From Escherichia phage vB_EcoM_APEC, in sequence record MT664721: 35,832 bases of DNA. One strand, written 5' to 3'. A program made the position numbers and the translations under genes. This document shows positions 10,358 through 18,866 of the stretch, piece by piece. The number at the start of each line of letters is the position of its first letter. Position 1 is the stretch's first letter. Below the pieces are notes generated by a model. It was given only the letters and a program-made list of their open reading frames with translations, made no database searches and had not been told where the DNA came from.

Positions 10358-12787
10358 ATGTCAGTACCAAATCAGATACCTGAAAGTAATTATGTAGGTA
10401 ACGGCACGACAACAACATTTGCTGCTAATTTTGAATATGCAAGTGATTCAGATGTGTTTGTTACTGTAAATGGAGTTGCACCAGAAATCGGACAGGCCGT
10501 CTTTGCTAATGGTGTATTTACTTTTATTACAGCCCCAGCAAACGGTACAGCAGTTCGCGTATATCGCAGCACACCAATTGAACGAGACACGGAATACGAT
10601 AACCACGACAATGTATTTCGTCCAAGAGTGGTTAATATTGACTTTGATCGTGTCTGGTTTGTGCTTCAAGAGTACCTATTATCGCTGGGCATTACCAACG
10701 CTAGGATTACACAGGAAATAGCAGACCGCATTCAAGCCGATGCAGAAATGATGAACTACATTCTGAATGAGGATAATGAACTAAAGGCCGACTATATCCT
10801 TCGTGATGAAAACCTTAAAACGGATTATATATACAGGGATGAGAACCTGAAAAAATATGTTGATCAAACATTGGGCGCTCTACTTAATCTTCCAGACTTT
10901 CAGGGAATTGAGGCACAATTTGTTAAAGATGTAAGCGGAAAGAACCAGCAAGAGATTAATAACGCTCTTGCTGGTGTTGGTGAAAAAGTCAAAAGAGAGT
11001 TTGTTTCAGTGTGGGATTTCTTTACAACCTCTGAGTATGCAACGTACAAAGCATCCCCAACAGCATTTGACGCAAGCAGACCCGTTCAAGAATTTTTCAA
11101 TTATATTGTTGCAAACGATACTCGTGTTGCCTACTGTTCAGGTGATTTTGTAACAAGTCAAGACCTTTTGCTTGGTTCTGGCTCAGCAAAAACAAAGCTG
11201 TTGTTCGGGAATGCTTCATTCAAAGCACTTAATGCTATTGATACGGTACTCAATATTAATGCCGGCTCTGATTTTGAGTGGGTTGGAATGATTACAACAA
11301 CAGGAACAGGAAGCACTGGGTCTAATTCTTATAATTCCCGAACTTGTCGAGTTGGCGTGCAAATAAGCTCACCTGGCAAAGCCTCACCACGGAACAAGTA
11401 CACAGCAATCACAGCAAACAATTTCAAAGAATTTGGGGTTTTTGCTAATGGCGTTGCTTCTCTTTCTTCCCTTGGATTCATCAGATCAAGTAATTGCGGT
11501 TCTGGCAAAAAAACAGCAGGCTACAGCCTTACTTCAAATTTCTCTAATGCAACAAATAGCGGCAGTTCTGGCTCAGTAAGTCAATTAACAACACTTGATG
11601 TTGATACTCTACCATCATCAGATTTAGCATCAGCTAACACAAACACACTACCCCTGCAAGCTATTATCAACGGCACGCCGTACTACATTCAGTCTATAGA
11701 TCGAGTTAATAACAAGATCACCATATTCCCGTGGATTGAGCCATCAATAACATCGGGAACCTTAACTTACATGTTCGGGGGTGCTGTTTGTGTTAATGGC
11801 AGGGATTCCTCTGTACTCGGAATTGAAATGATTGATGCGGTTAACTGCGGTGCTGCTTTAGTCTCCGGTGCATTATACCCCCCTGTTGTTGAGCGTATTG
11901 TTTCTCAAGTAAACGGTGCTGCGTTAGTGTTAGGTCAAAACCCTGCCTCTGCAATGATCGGTGGTTCTGTTGGTACTCTATATTGTGAAAACAATGACTT
12001 TGATTTAATTCGTGTTACTCGTTCAAAATTAAGTTTCAACATTCTTAACACTGTTGCATTTAACATGAACAAAGTCGGCTTTGCTTGTGCGACACGCTCA
12101 ACATCCGGCTCATACAGTGCTTTTGCGCATTTAAAAGGAATTAATATTTTTGAAAACGGTGTTCCTGTTCAATACCAGAGAAGCTCTGCTAGTCTTCCCT
12201 CACAAGCAACATGTGATGTGACCGACCCAAACAATAGTGATTTTATTTTCAATGGTGGTGCAACGGCTTCAACAATTACTTTAGGCACTCCAAACGATAA
12301 CTATGCAAACCTATTTGGTATTTATAAAAAGCGCGTTATTGTCTACGGAACAGGTCCGAACAACAGGCCTTCAACTGTAAACTTCACCGTTGCTGACACT
12401 GCAAACTACACGATCAATGCAGCAGGTACAACAACCACATCATATAGCGGATTTGATGGTTTTGCTGTATTCGATATTATTTATCGAAGTGACACAAAAC
12501 GCTTTTTAATATCACAAGTCAGCAATCGAGATAGGGCGGCGTCTGTAACATATAATCCGCCATCACTAACAGCATCAGGCACAGCAGGGGATTTTGTTTC
12601 AACGACAGTGAACTTAACTGGTGCAACTGTTGGAACGCCAGTTCACGCCGCTTTCACTCAATACAATGCTGATATTGAAATTAGTGCGCAAGTAAGTGCA
12701 GAAAATACTGTCACAGTTAAGTTCAAAAATACTTCTGCTGCTGCTGTTGATTTATCAAGTGGAACACTAACAGTAAAACTAATTTAA
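10358..12787 (+). CDS. tail fiber / tailspike protein, possible depolymerase
   Basis: N-terminus resembles the T7 gp17-type virion-attachment domain; Gly/Ser/Thr/Asn-rich C-terminal part typical of beta-helical tailspikes; followed by an intrinsic terminator. Confidence 0.8.
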   Translation: MSVPNQIPESNYVGNGTTTTFAANFEYASDSDVFVTVNGVAPEIGQAVFANGVFTFITAPANGTAVRVYRSTPIERDTEYDNHDNVFRPRVVNIDFDRVWFVLQEYLLSLGITNARITQEIADRIQADAEMMNYILNEDNELKADYILRDENLKTDYIYRDENLKKYVDQTLGALLNLPDFQGIEAQFVKDVSGKNQQEINNALAGVGEKVKREFVSVWDFFTTSEYATYKASPTAFDASRPVQEFFNYIVANDTRVAYCSGDFVTSQDLLLGSGSAKTKLLFGNASFKALNAIDTVLNINAGSDFEWVGMITTTGTGSTGSNSYNSRTCRVGVQISSPGKASPRNKYTAITANNFKEFGVFANGVASLSSLGFIRSSNCGSGKKTAGYSLTSNFSNATNSGSSGSVSQLTTLDVDTLPSSDLASANTNTLPLQAIINGTPYYIQSIDRVNNKITIFPWIEPSITSGTLTYMFGGAVCVNGRDSSVLGIEMIDAVNCGAALVSGALYPPVVERIVSQVNGAALVLGQNPASAMIGGSVGTLYCENNDFDLIRVTRSKLSFNILNTVAFNMNKVGFACATRSTSGSYSAFAHLKGINIFENGVPVQYQRSSASLPSQATCDVTDPNNSDFIFNGGATASTITLGTPNDNYANLFGIYKKRVIVYGTGPNNRPSTVNFTVADTANYTINAAGTTTTSYSGFDGFAVFDIIYRSDTKRFLISQVSNRDRAASVTYNPPSLTASGTAGDFVSTTVNLTGATVGTPVHAAFTQYNADIEISAQVSAENTVTVKFKNTSAAAVDLSSGTLTVKLI

Positions 12788-12792
12788 AGATT

Positions 12793-12818
12793 AAAGCCCT
12801 TCGGGGCTTTTCTTTTAC
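12793..12818 (+). terminator. rho-independent terminator after tail fiber gene
   Basis: Hairpin AAAGCCC-TTCG-GGGCTTT followed by TCTTTT. Confidence 0.6.
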
Positions 12819-12867
12819 TTACCAAATATGTTTGCTACTATAAGCGAAATTGATATAGGACTAACCG

Positions 12868-13206
12868 ATGGAAGATTTTGCAAAAGCTGTAGCGGATTAC
12901 TTCCGAAGCAATATAGGCTTGCTATCTGGCGTAGTGATAGGAATGCTTATTTATATTCTGACTGCGAAAAAAAAGACATGGCGAGAGAGGATTGTTAATG
13001 CTTCAGGTGGTGGCCTGCTGGCAATAGTTTTTGCTCCACACATTGCTACATTCTTTGACAAGCCGAATTACGCTGTGCCTATTGCGGTTCTTATTGTGTA
13101 TTTCAACGAGTGGTTACCAGAACTTATACAAACCTTTGCACCGAAATACATTAAAGTCCTCATTAAGCGTTTTACCGGAGTTGACCTAGATGACTCAAAT
13201 AAGTAA
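12868..13206 (+). CDS. holin-like membrane protein, 112 aa
   Basis: Two to three predicted hydrophobic helices; directly upstream of the endolysin. Confidence 0.5.
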   Translation: MEDFAKAVADYFRSNIGLLSGVVIGMLIYILTAKKKTWRERIVNASGGGLLAIVFAPHIATFFDKPNYAVPIAVLIVYFNEWLPELIQTFAPKYIKVLIKRFTGVDLDDSNK

Positions 13207-13474
13207 CTTCACATGGGGAGTGTTGCTAGAGAATCTAGCACTCTTTATTGTATTCCTGTGTATTGCAAGCGTGGTTATACAGCACATGCGAAAGCAAATT
13301 GTATTGGGCGTATTCTGGCATATATCTTTTGTTATTGGTCTAGTGATTACTTTTACACTAATACTTGACCCATATCCTAGAATATTTGATGAAGCACAAA
13401 CAGCATATAAGTTATTTATTGCTGTAATTGCCGTTGGACTCTGCAATAAAATAAGCAAAGAAGGTGGGTTCTAA
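13190..13474 (+). CDS. membrane protein, 94 aa (second holin / antiholin candidate)
   Basis: Multiple hydrophobic segments; overlaps previous gene; precedes the endolysin. Confidence 0.45.
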   Translation: MTQISNFTWGVLLENLALFIVFLCIASVVIQHMRKQIVLGVFWHISFVIGLVITFTLILDPYPRIFDEAQTAYKLFIAVIAVGLCNKISKEGGF

Positions 13475-13475
13475 T

Positions 13476-14084
13476 ATGATCATGACAGAGAAAGGCTTTG
13501 CTGTTTTAAGGTCACATTTTGGTAGCTTGAAGCAATCGCAAGTTGACGGAATTAATACCATTGTTGAGCAGTTCAATGCTCAGGGTGTGACCAACTACAA
13601 CCATGCAGCCTACATGCTCGCTACAACTTGGCATGAAACTGCAAAAACCATGCAGCCAATTGAAGAATATGGAAAGGGTAAAGGCCGTCCTTATGGAACA
13701 TGGTACAAGAACAGCAAGGGTCTGCTTTACAGCTTTATAAACGGATTTAAAAAGGTTGCCTATCTGTTCAATGACCATCCCCATCTCTATTATGGTCGTG
13801 GCTACGTGCAACTTACATGGTTTGAAAACTACCAGAGAGCATCCAAGAAACTCGGCGTAGACTTTATAAATAATCCAGGGCTTGCACTAGACCCTAAACC
13901 TGCTGCTGATATTATGATTGTCGGAATGCGTGAAGGTTGGTTTACCGGAAAGAAACTGGATGATTACATTTCAGGAAATAAAAAAGATTACGTGGGCGCA
14001 AGGAAGATTATCAACGGACTAGATAAAGCTAAACTCATTGCTGATTACTCTGCAATATTTGAAAAGGCTTTGCGCCAGCCATAA
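13476..14084 (+). CDS. endolysin, glycoside hydrolase family 19 (chitinase-like) type
   Basis: Motifs HETAK...YYGRGYVQLTW resemble GH19 catalytic region; ATG at 13476 with AAGGTGGG upstream (track starts at GTG 13464). Confidence 0.75.
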   Translation: MIMTEKGFAVLRSHFGSLKQSQVDGINTIVEQFNAQGVTNYNHAAYMLATTWHETAKTMQPIEEYGKGKGRPYGTWYKNSKGLLYSFINGFKKVAYLFNDHPHLYYGRGYVQLTWFENYQRASKKLGVDFINNPGLALDPKPAADIMIVGMREGWFTGKKLDDYISGNKKDYVGARKIINGLDKAKLIADYSAIFEKALRQP

Positions 14085-14087
14085 GAA

Positions 14088-14107
14088 AAGCCCCATTATA
14101 GGGGCTT
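14088..14107 (-). terminator. intrinsic terminator between convergent transcription units (U-tract on minus strand)
   Basis: Hairpin AAGCCCC-ATTATA-GGGGCTT; the T-run follows only in the minus orientation; overlaps the last codons of the minus-strand gene 14096..14293. Confidence 0.55.
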
Positions 14108-14293
14108 GATATACATAGACTGGGTTATTTTGCCCATACATGATCTTGACCATTCTCCAAAACAATAGCCATAGAGAACACCATCAACATATTTGTAATA
14201 TAAGAACCCTCTTTCATTATCTATTCCAGCTCTCTCTGGTCTGTAATGCGTAGCGCCGTTAGGTGCATTTTCCTTTATTTCTTGCTCTGTCAT
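14096..14293 (-). CDS. hypothetical protein, 65 aa (paralog of 20887..21078)
   Basis: Shares MT.EEI...AP.GATHY N-terminus and IKPL C-terminus with the plus-strand 63 aa protein; terminal gene of the minus-strand operon. Confidence 0.5.
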   Translation of the reverse strand: MTEQEIKENAPNGATHYRPERAGIDNERGFLYYKYVDGVLYGYCFGEWSRSCMGKITQSMYIKPL

Positions 14294-14463
14294 TTTACTT
14301 CCTCACTTAACTTCTGTATCCCAAACTCATCATGAAACATCTGATACGATAATACCGCCTTCCATTGCTGACAGCTATCCAGCCATATATACCACTCATT
14401 CTCTGCAACTTTCATCCAATAATCCAGTCCATCCCAATGAGTAGCGCCTAGAGGTTTAGTCAT
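14290..14463 (-). CDS. hypothetical protein, 57 aa
   Basis: ATG (rc of 14461-14463) with GAGGTGA upstream, 2 nt after the stop of the upstream gene; the track's longer version overlaps the neighbour out of frame. Confidence 0.4.
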   Translation of the reverse strand: MTKPLGATHWDGLDYWMKVAENEWYIWLDSCQQWKAVLSYQMFHDEFGIQKLSEEVK

Positions 14464-14839
14464 GCTCACCTCGCAGGGCTTTATGTTCATGATCACCAAA
14501 GTATTCTTTATTTTCGTATCTATTGTTATTGCAGTTAAAACAATGCAATAGACTAAAACCTTCACGGTCACTAACAATTCCCTGCCAAGGTTCACCACAT
14601 GAACAAGTTCCGTGAATCATGGCTGACATAGATTGGCTCTTCCAGGCTTTAAGCTGAGCATTTAAATCATTAATTACTTTCTGCTGCTCTTGGAATGCGT
14701 ACCATGCGCCGTTTATCCAGCAAACAAGCTTTTGAAAGTTGATTAAGTCCGAGTGATACAAATTGTCATCACCAAAATAAATATGCTGGCTAAGACTATT
14801 TGCAATCTCAGGCAACTTCTCAAACTGTTCTCTCATCAC
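14456..14839 (-). CDS. hypothetical Cys-rich protein, 127 aa
   Basis: CSCGEPW...HCFNCN pattern suggests metal binding; tightly coupled in the minus-strand operon. Confidence 0.5.
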   Translation of the reverse strand: MMREQFEKLPEIANSLSQHIYFGDDNLYHSDLINFQKLVCWINGAWYAFQEQQKVINDLNAQLKAWKSQSMSAMIHGTCSCGEPWQGIVSDREGFSLLHCFNCNNNRYENKEYFGDHEHKALRGEHD

Positions 14840-15189
14840 CCTTCCTCCACGTCAAGTATGGCTTGTTTTACTCTTGCGGTGTTTATATACCCTATGCCAC
14901 AGTCCAGCTTGACCAGTAGGTCCGCATGTCCTGCATACTCACAAGCTGCAACATCAGCCTTGGCCTGATCTAAAGATTTGAATAGCCCGAGAATCTCATG
15001 ACTTTCGACAAGTCGCTTTAGGTCGCAAAGACTGACAAATGGGCAATTTTCGGTTGGAGCAATCGCTATAAATGTATATTCCATCATATCGGGCAGATAG
15101 ACATCGGTTTCTGGATAATCACACCAGCAATCAACAATAAGCTTTGCGGTTTTATATCCTTTCTTCTTCACAAACTCAGTCGCTTTCAT
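14836..15189 (-). CDS. hypothetical protein, 117 aa
   Basis: Coupled ORF in the minus-strand operon; no motif recognised. Confidence 0.5.
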   Translation of the reverse strand: MKATEFVKKKGYKTAKLIVDCWCDYPETDVYLPDMMEYTFIAIAPTENCPFVSLCDLKRLVESHEILGLFKSLDQAKADVAACEYAGHADLLVKLDCGIGYINTARVKQAILDVEEG

Positions 15190-15497
15190 CCTGCAATCTC
15201 CAAAAAATTAATAAACTGTTGTTTTAAATGTTTTAATCCACTTGCATTGATTGGCAAAACACCTGTTTCTTCATTGTTTACTGTTGCGTAATCATGCATC
15301 AGCTTAATCTTAATTCCATCAACTTCCACATCATTCCAAGACTGAAACCCATTGCCATCTTTAAAGCGTCTTATGTCACAGTCAACTTGAGCCATGACAT
15401 AAGCTTCGTCCTCACCTTGCTTAAATTCAACTTCAAATAAATCATCTTTCCAATTTGAAATCTTAACTTCAGCTTGTTCTGTAATGTTCATAATCAC
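15186..15497 (-). CDS. hypothetical mildly acidic protein, 103 aa
   Basis: Coupled ORF; net-acidic composition; no motif recognised. Confidence 0.5.
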   Translation of the reverse strand: MIMNITEQAEVKISNWKDDLFEVEFKQGEDEAYVMAQVDCDIRRFKDGNGFQSWNDVEVDGIKIKLMHDYATVNNEETGVLPINASGLKHLKQQFINFLEIAG

Positions 15498-15533
15498 CTC
15501 ACTTATTATGAGGCAATTATATATGCTTTAATA

Positions 15534-15710
15534 TTATTTAGCAACTGGTGAGCAGTAGTAAAACTTGCTTTCATTTGCTTCGTATCTTTCATTTAACTGG
15601 TGCGCCACATATTCGCATTCCTGCTTATCCGAAAAGCGCGAATGGCTCACAAGTTCATTGTAGTAGTCGCCATTAGTTAGAGCGACAAATAAAACGATTA
15701 CATAGCTCAT
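15534..15710 (-). CDS. small protein with N-terminal hydrophobic segment, 58 aa
   Basis: ATG at rc 15708-15710 with AGGTG upstream, just after the exonuclease stop; MSYVIVLFVALT looks like a signal peptide or membrane anchor. Confidence 0.45.
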   Translation of the reverse strand: MSYVIVLFVALTNGDYYNELVSHSRFSDKQECEYVAHQLNERYEANESKFYYCSPVAK

Positions 15711-15718
15711 TTTACACC

Positions 15719-16330
15719 TCAATACATTTCCAAAATTTTGTCTTTAATTGCTTGGGTCTGTTCATTGTAGAGCTTGACCAAGGCTTCTATGTTTTCAATC
15801 TTATCTCTTACATCATTCGCATAAACACGTTTAACAAATAACGGAAGATTCGGGCAGTAGCTTACAAAGTCCATCCATTGAAGTTCTGCACAGGAAATAC
15901 CGCCTATCAGTTGATCTATATGCTCCTTCGGTATTTCACCTGAACGCAAGATAGCAATCTGAGTCTTTGGTGTTTTAACCTTAATCTCTATGCCTCCAAT
16001 AGGGATTTTATCAGGAATGATCAATCCATCTGGTGAATAACCAAATCCCTTATTCTTCACAAAAGAAACCATAGAAACCGTATAGCCTGTCTTTTCCTCA
16101 TACCGCTGACGTGCTTTAGATTCTAGCTGCTGACCTCTTTTAGTCCATTCATTACCCTGAAAAACCTCTGCCGGTTCATGATTAATTAACTCATAAGCCA
16201 GACCATTAATATAGCTCTGAGCGCCTACTCCATTTGCCCGAATGGTTGAAATCTCCGAACAGGTGATTAGACCTAAGCGCAAGTCCAACCACTCAGGAGA
16301 ACCCTGTTCTATTCCGGTGATGATTTGCAT
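15719..16330 (-). CDS. YqaJ-like (lambda-exonuclease-type) recombination exonuclease
   Basis: N-terminal QGSPEWLDLRLGLITCSE resembles the YqaJ family; PD-(D/E)xK-like SPDG...EIK; paired with the ERF gene. Confidence 0.75.
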   Translation of the reverse strand: MQIITGIEQGSPEWLDLRLGLITCSEISTIRANGVGAQSYINGLAYELINHEPAEVFQGNEWTKRGQQLESKARQRYEEKTGYTVSMVSFVKNKGFGYSPDGLIIPDKIPIGGIEIKVKTPKTQIAILRSGEIPKEHIDQLIGGISCAELQWMDFVSYCPNLPLFVKRVYANDVRDKIENIEALVKLYNEQTQAIKDKILEMY

Positions 16331-17028
16331 TATTCACCCTTTTCCAGCTTGGCTAATTTGGTATTTAAAACCCCGACCCAATAATCGAAATCATTTTTAG
16401 GTATCTCGTGCAACTCACAGCCAATATGAGCCTCCATTAATCCTCTTGCTTCTGCACCAAACTGAGATAACTTTTTCTCTATAACAGAAACTTGCTGCGG
16501 TGAAATCGTAATAGCCACCTGCCCATCGTTATCTTCAGCAATAACCAGACCTAGCAATGCTCGCATAGTGTAACGCTGTGCATAACTAATTGCTGAGCCA
16601 TAAGACTGTATATCTGACTTGCTGCCTCCCTTATCCGGCGCAACCTCCATTGAAGACTCTTCGCTGTGCCCACCAACGTGCGAGCAGATGCACGTAACGC
16701 GAGATTTACCATCAGCACATGCTTGGGTAGCCCATCGAATAAACAAGCCATGCTTACGCAATACAGGGTCAATACGGCTTTGTATATACTCAAGCTTTGC
16801 ATACTTAGAGTTATGACCACGACTAGACTTTTCCAAAACTGGTTTTTCCATTTGAAATGCCAGCATTGCCTGATCAAATTGCTGCTTGGCCTGATTGCGC
16901 TGTACACGTTCATGAAGCTCAAGCATCTTTTCAAGTTTCCCCACGTCTGCATCTGGACTGGTTGCAACACGTTCAATAATGCTAATCATCGGGTCAACAT
17001 TATTATTTCTTTCGATTAACTCACTCAT
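16330..17028 (-). CDS. ERF-family single-strand annealing protein
   Basis: SKYAKLEYIQSRIDPVLRKHGL and SYAQRYTMRALLGL resemble conserved ERF regions (P22 Erf type); first gene of the minus-strand operon. Confidence 0.8.
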   Translation of the reverse strand: MSELIERNNNVDPMISIIERVATSPDADVGKLEKMLELHERVQRNQAKQQFDQAMLAFQMEKPVLEKSSRGHNSKYAKLEYIQSRIDPVLRKHGLFIRWATQACADGKSRVTCICSHVGGHSEESSMEVAPDKGGSKSDIQSYGSAISYAQRYTMRALLGLVIAEDNDGQVAITISPQQVSVIEKKLSQFGAEARGLMEAHIGCELHEIPKNDFDYWVGVLNTKLAKLEKGE

Positions 17029-17043
17029 TTTTAACCACCTCTC

Positions 17044-17089
17044 TTGTTGTAATGGATTTAATAATATAATATAGTACGTACTGTTGCAA
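17044..17089. promoter_or_regulatory. divergent sigma70-like promoter region with central 10 bp palindrome AGTACGTACT
   Basis: Plus strand: TTGTAA (17047-17052), 17 nt, TATAGT (17070-17075); also TATAAT at 17065-17070. Minus strand: TTGCAA (17084-17089), about 17 nt, TATTAT-like. Palindrome at 17073-17082 overlaps both. Confidence 0.45.
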
Positions 17090-17101
17090 GAGGAAATTTA
17101 T

Positions 17102-17260
17102 ATGGACAAACAAAACCGTACAAGATTGCAAGTCTCAATTCACAATGAAAAGGAAAAAGACCTTCTCGATAAACTTAAAAAACGAGAGAATTTTTCTGGT
17201 GAAACTAAAGAACTATGGCTGGCTAAGTTAAAAAGTGAGGAGAGTAAAAATGGAAATTGA
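17102..17260 (+). CDS. small ribbon-helix-helix-like protein, 52 aa (tentative)
   Basis: ATG at 17102 with AGAGGA upstream; RTRLQVSIHNEKEKDLLDKLKK resembles an Arc/CopG-type RHH; below track cutoff; overlaps next gene start by 11 nt. Confidence 0.3.
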   Translation: MDKQNRTRLQVSIHNEKEKDLLDKLKKRENFSGETKELWLAKLKSEESKNGN

Positions 17261-17609
17261 TATTCAAATTGACTTAAGACGTGGCGGTTTTGAAGCAATG
17301 CACCCAAATGCAAGGCTATTTAACTTTGATTCTGAAAAAATGGTTTATTTTGGCGAAGGATCGGAAGGCATTAATAGTCAATGGACTACTTGGTGCGCGT
17401 GCATTGGAATGTTGCACTTAGAGACTGGGGAAGCCAAAGCCCAAGCAGTGCCGGAATGCAAATGGTCTAAAAATCAAGGTGGGTTTTACGACACATCATG
17501 CATCAATGCTTTTGTGTTCCCAGAGTCTGATGACACTCCAGAATATCATGAATTTACGCATTGCCCTTTTTGTGGTGGAAAGTTAAGCGAACCTCAGGAG
17601 GCCAAATGA
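17250..17609 (+). CDS. hypothetical protein with C-terminal zinc-ribbon-like motif, 119 aa
   Basis: ATG at 17250 with GAGGAG upstream; C-terminal HCPFCGGKL. Confidence 0.5.
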   Translation: MEIDIQIDLRRGGFEAMHPNARLFNFDSEKMVYFGEGSEGINSQWTTWCACIGMLHLETGEAKAQAVPECKWSKNQGGFYDTSCINAFVFPESDDTPEYHEFTHCPFCGGKLSEPQEAK

Positions 17610-17968
17610 ACAAATTAAAAATAGCACATGACTATTTCATGAAACATGGAAGTCCTGAAAATTTCAGTACAGACATTGCAGAGGCATGGGAATATGCAGA
17701 CCGGATGATTGAGCAAGAACAGCGTCGAGAAGACAAAACCAGACCAGAGGTTTTACGCGACAAAGAATGGCAGCCGGACTGGTCGCAAGCTCCGGTTTGG
17801 GCGTATTACTGGGCTAGAGATAGCAACGGTTTGTGCCATTGGTATAGTGGGGAGGTATGTATAAATGAAAATGAATTCTACCCAAGTGAATTTGGACAAT
17901 TATGGGATGATGCACCACTTTTCGGCTACTCAGGCGACTGGCGCGAGTCACTAAGAAAGCGGCCATGA
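17606..17968 (+). CDS. hypothetical protein, 120 aa (shares a Trp-rich domain with 24706..24918)
   Basis: ATG at 17606 overlapping the previous stop, AGGAGG upstream; C-terminal pattern DWS.AP...W.A.DS.G...GDWRESL..RP. Confidence 0.5.
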   Translation: MNKLKIAHDYFMKHGSPENFSTDIAEAWEYADRMIEQEQRREDKTRPEVLRDKEWQPDWSQAPVWAYYWARDSNGLCHWYSGEVCINENEFYPSEFGQLWDDAPLFGYSGDWRESLRKRP

Positions 17969-18351
17969 ATTTATTTGATGCTGCGGAATATGCAGAAAGT
18001 TTAAGCAATTGCAAGAAACGTCCAGTCGGGTGCAGTCTTGCAATAAATGGTGAAGTGGTTGCCATTGGATTTAATCATGCAGACAGTAAATGTAAATGCA
18101 AAATGCATGAAGAAAATTCAAAGGTTGAACATGCTGAAATATGTTGTCTGAAGCATTACGAGTTTCTAAAACAGGACTGTTCAGAATTGGCAGTGACTTA
18201 CATCTGTTGCCTGAATTGCTCTAAAGAAATCGTAAAGCGTGGCATTAAGAAGGTGTACTACCGCGACCATAGACCCGAAACAGACAAACAGTTAGGCATT
18301 AACTATTTAAAATCACACAATGTAGAGGTATCGAACCAATGGAACAGTTAA
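17965..18351 (+). CDS. cytidine/deoxycytidylate deaminase-like zinc-binding protein
   Basis: HAE motif followed by CCLNC (PC..C-like) at the spacing typical of CMP/dCMP deaminases. Confidence 0.55.
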   Translation: MNLFDAAEYAESLSNCKKRPVGCSLAINGEVVAIGFNHADSKCKCKMHEENSKVEHAEICCLKHYEFLKQDCSELAVTYICCLNCSKEIVKRGIKKVYYRDHRPETDKQLGINYLKSHNVEVSNQWNS

Positions 18352-18866
18352 TTAAACAGATTGAACAATGGGCAGAAGATCGGAATATTATTAATGGGAG
18401 CAAACCAATTGACCAAGCTATGAAACTGTTTTCAGAATTTGGCGAACTCGCAGACAATGTAGGGAAGGGTCGTGATTGCCGCGATGATATTGGCGATGTT
18501 TTTGTTGTGCTGACTATTATGGCGAAGCAATTAAATCTTAACATCAAAGGTATCGAAATTGTTAAATCTGAATCTAAGCCAATATTTAACTTAAAAAATA
18601 TGGTTGTTGACCTAGGGATGTCTTTAAATTATTTTTCTCGTTCAGAAAACCAATTAAACTTAAAAAATGCGGTTAATGAGTTACAAACAATTTCTGCAAT
18701 TTATGGTTATGATTTAAAAGAATGCGTCCAAATCGCCTACAACGACATTAAGGACAGAAAAGGTATTTTATGGAATGGGGTATTTGTAAAAGAAAGTGAT
18801 TTGAGTTATAATGCTTGTGTTGAAGCTTATAGAGAATCGCTAAGTGAGAAAAACACAGAAAATTAA
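18339..18866 (+). CDS. MazG-like nucleoside triphosphate pyrophosphohydrolase
   Basis: FSEFGELADNV...DDIGDVFVVL matches the MazG E..GE...D..GD pattern. Confidence 0.55.
   Translation: MEQLIKQIEQWAEDRNIINGSKPIDQAMKLFSEFGELADNVGKGRDCRDDIGDVFVVLTIMAKQLNLNIKGIEIVKSESKPIFNLKNMVVDLGMSLNYFSRSENQLNLKNAVNELQTISAIYGYDLKECVQIAYNDIKDRKGILWNGVFVKESDLSYNACVEAYRESLSEKNTEN

Noticed and set aside
12832-12860. Promoter-like TTGCTA / TATAGG upstream of the holin gene
   Set aside because: Poor -10 match; lysis genes are more likely transcribed by read-through from upstream late promoters.
16551-17019. Track ORFs overlapping the ERF gene on both strands (16551..16976 -, 16619..16816 +, 16666..17019 +)
   Set aside because: The ERF frame carries recognisable conserved motifs; the overlapping frames do not.
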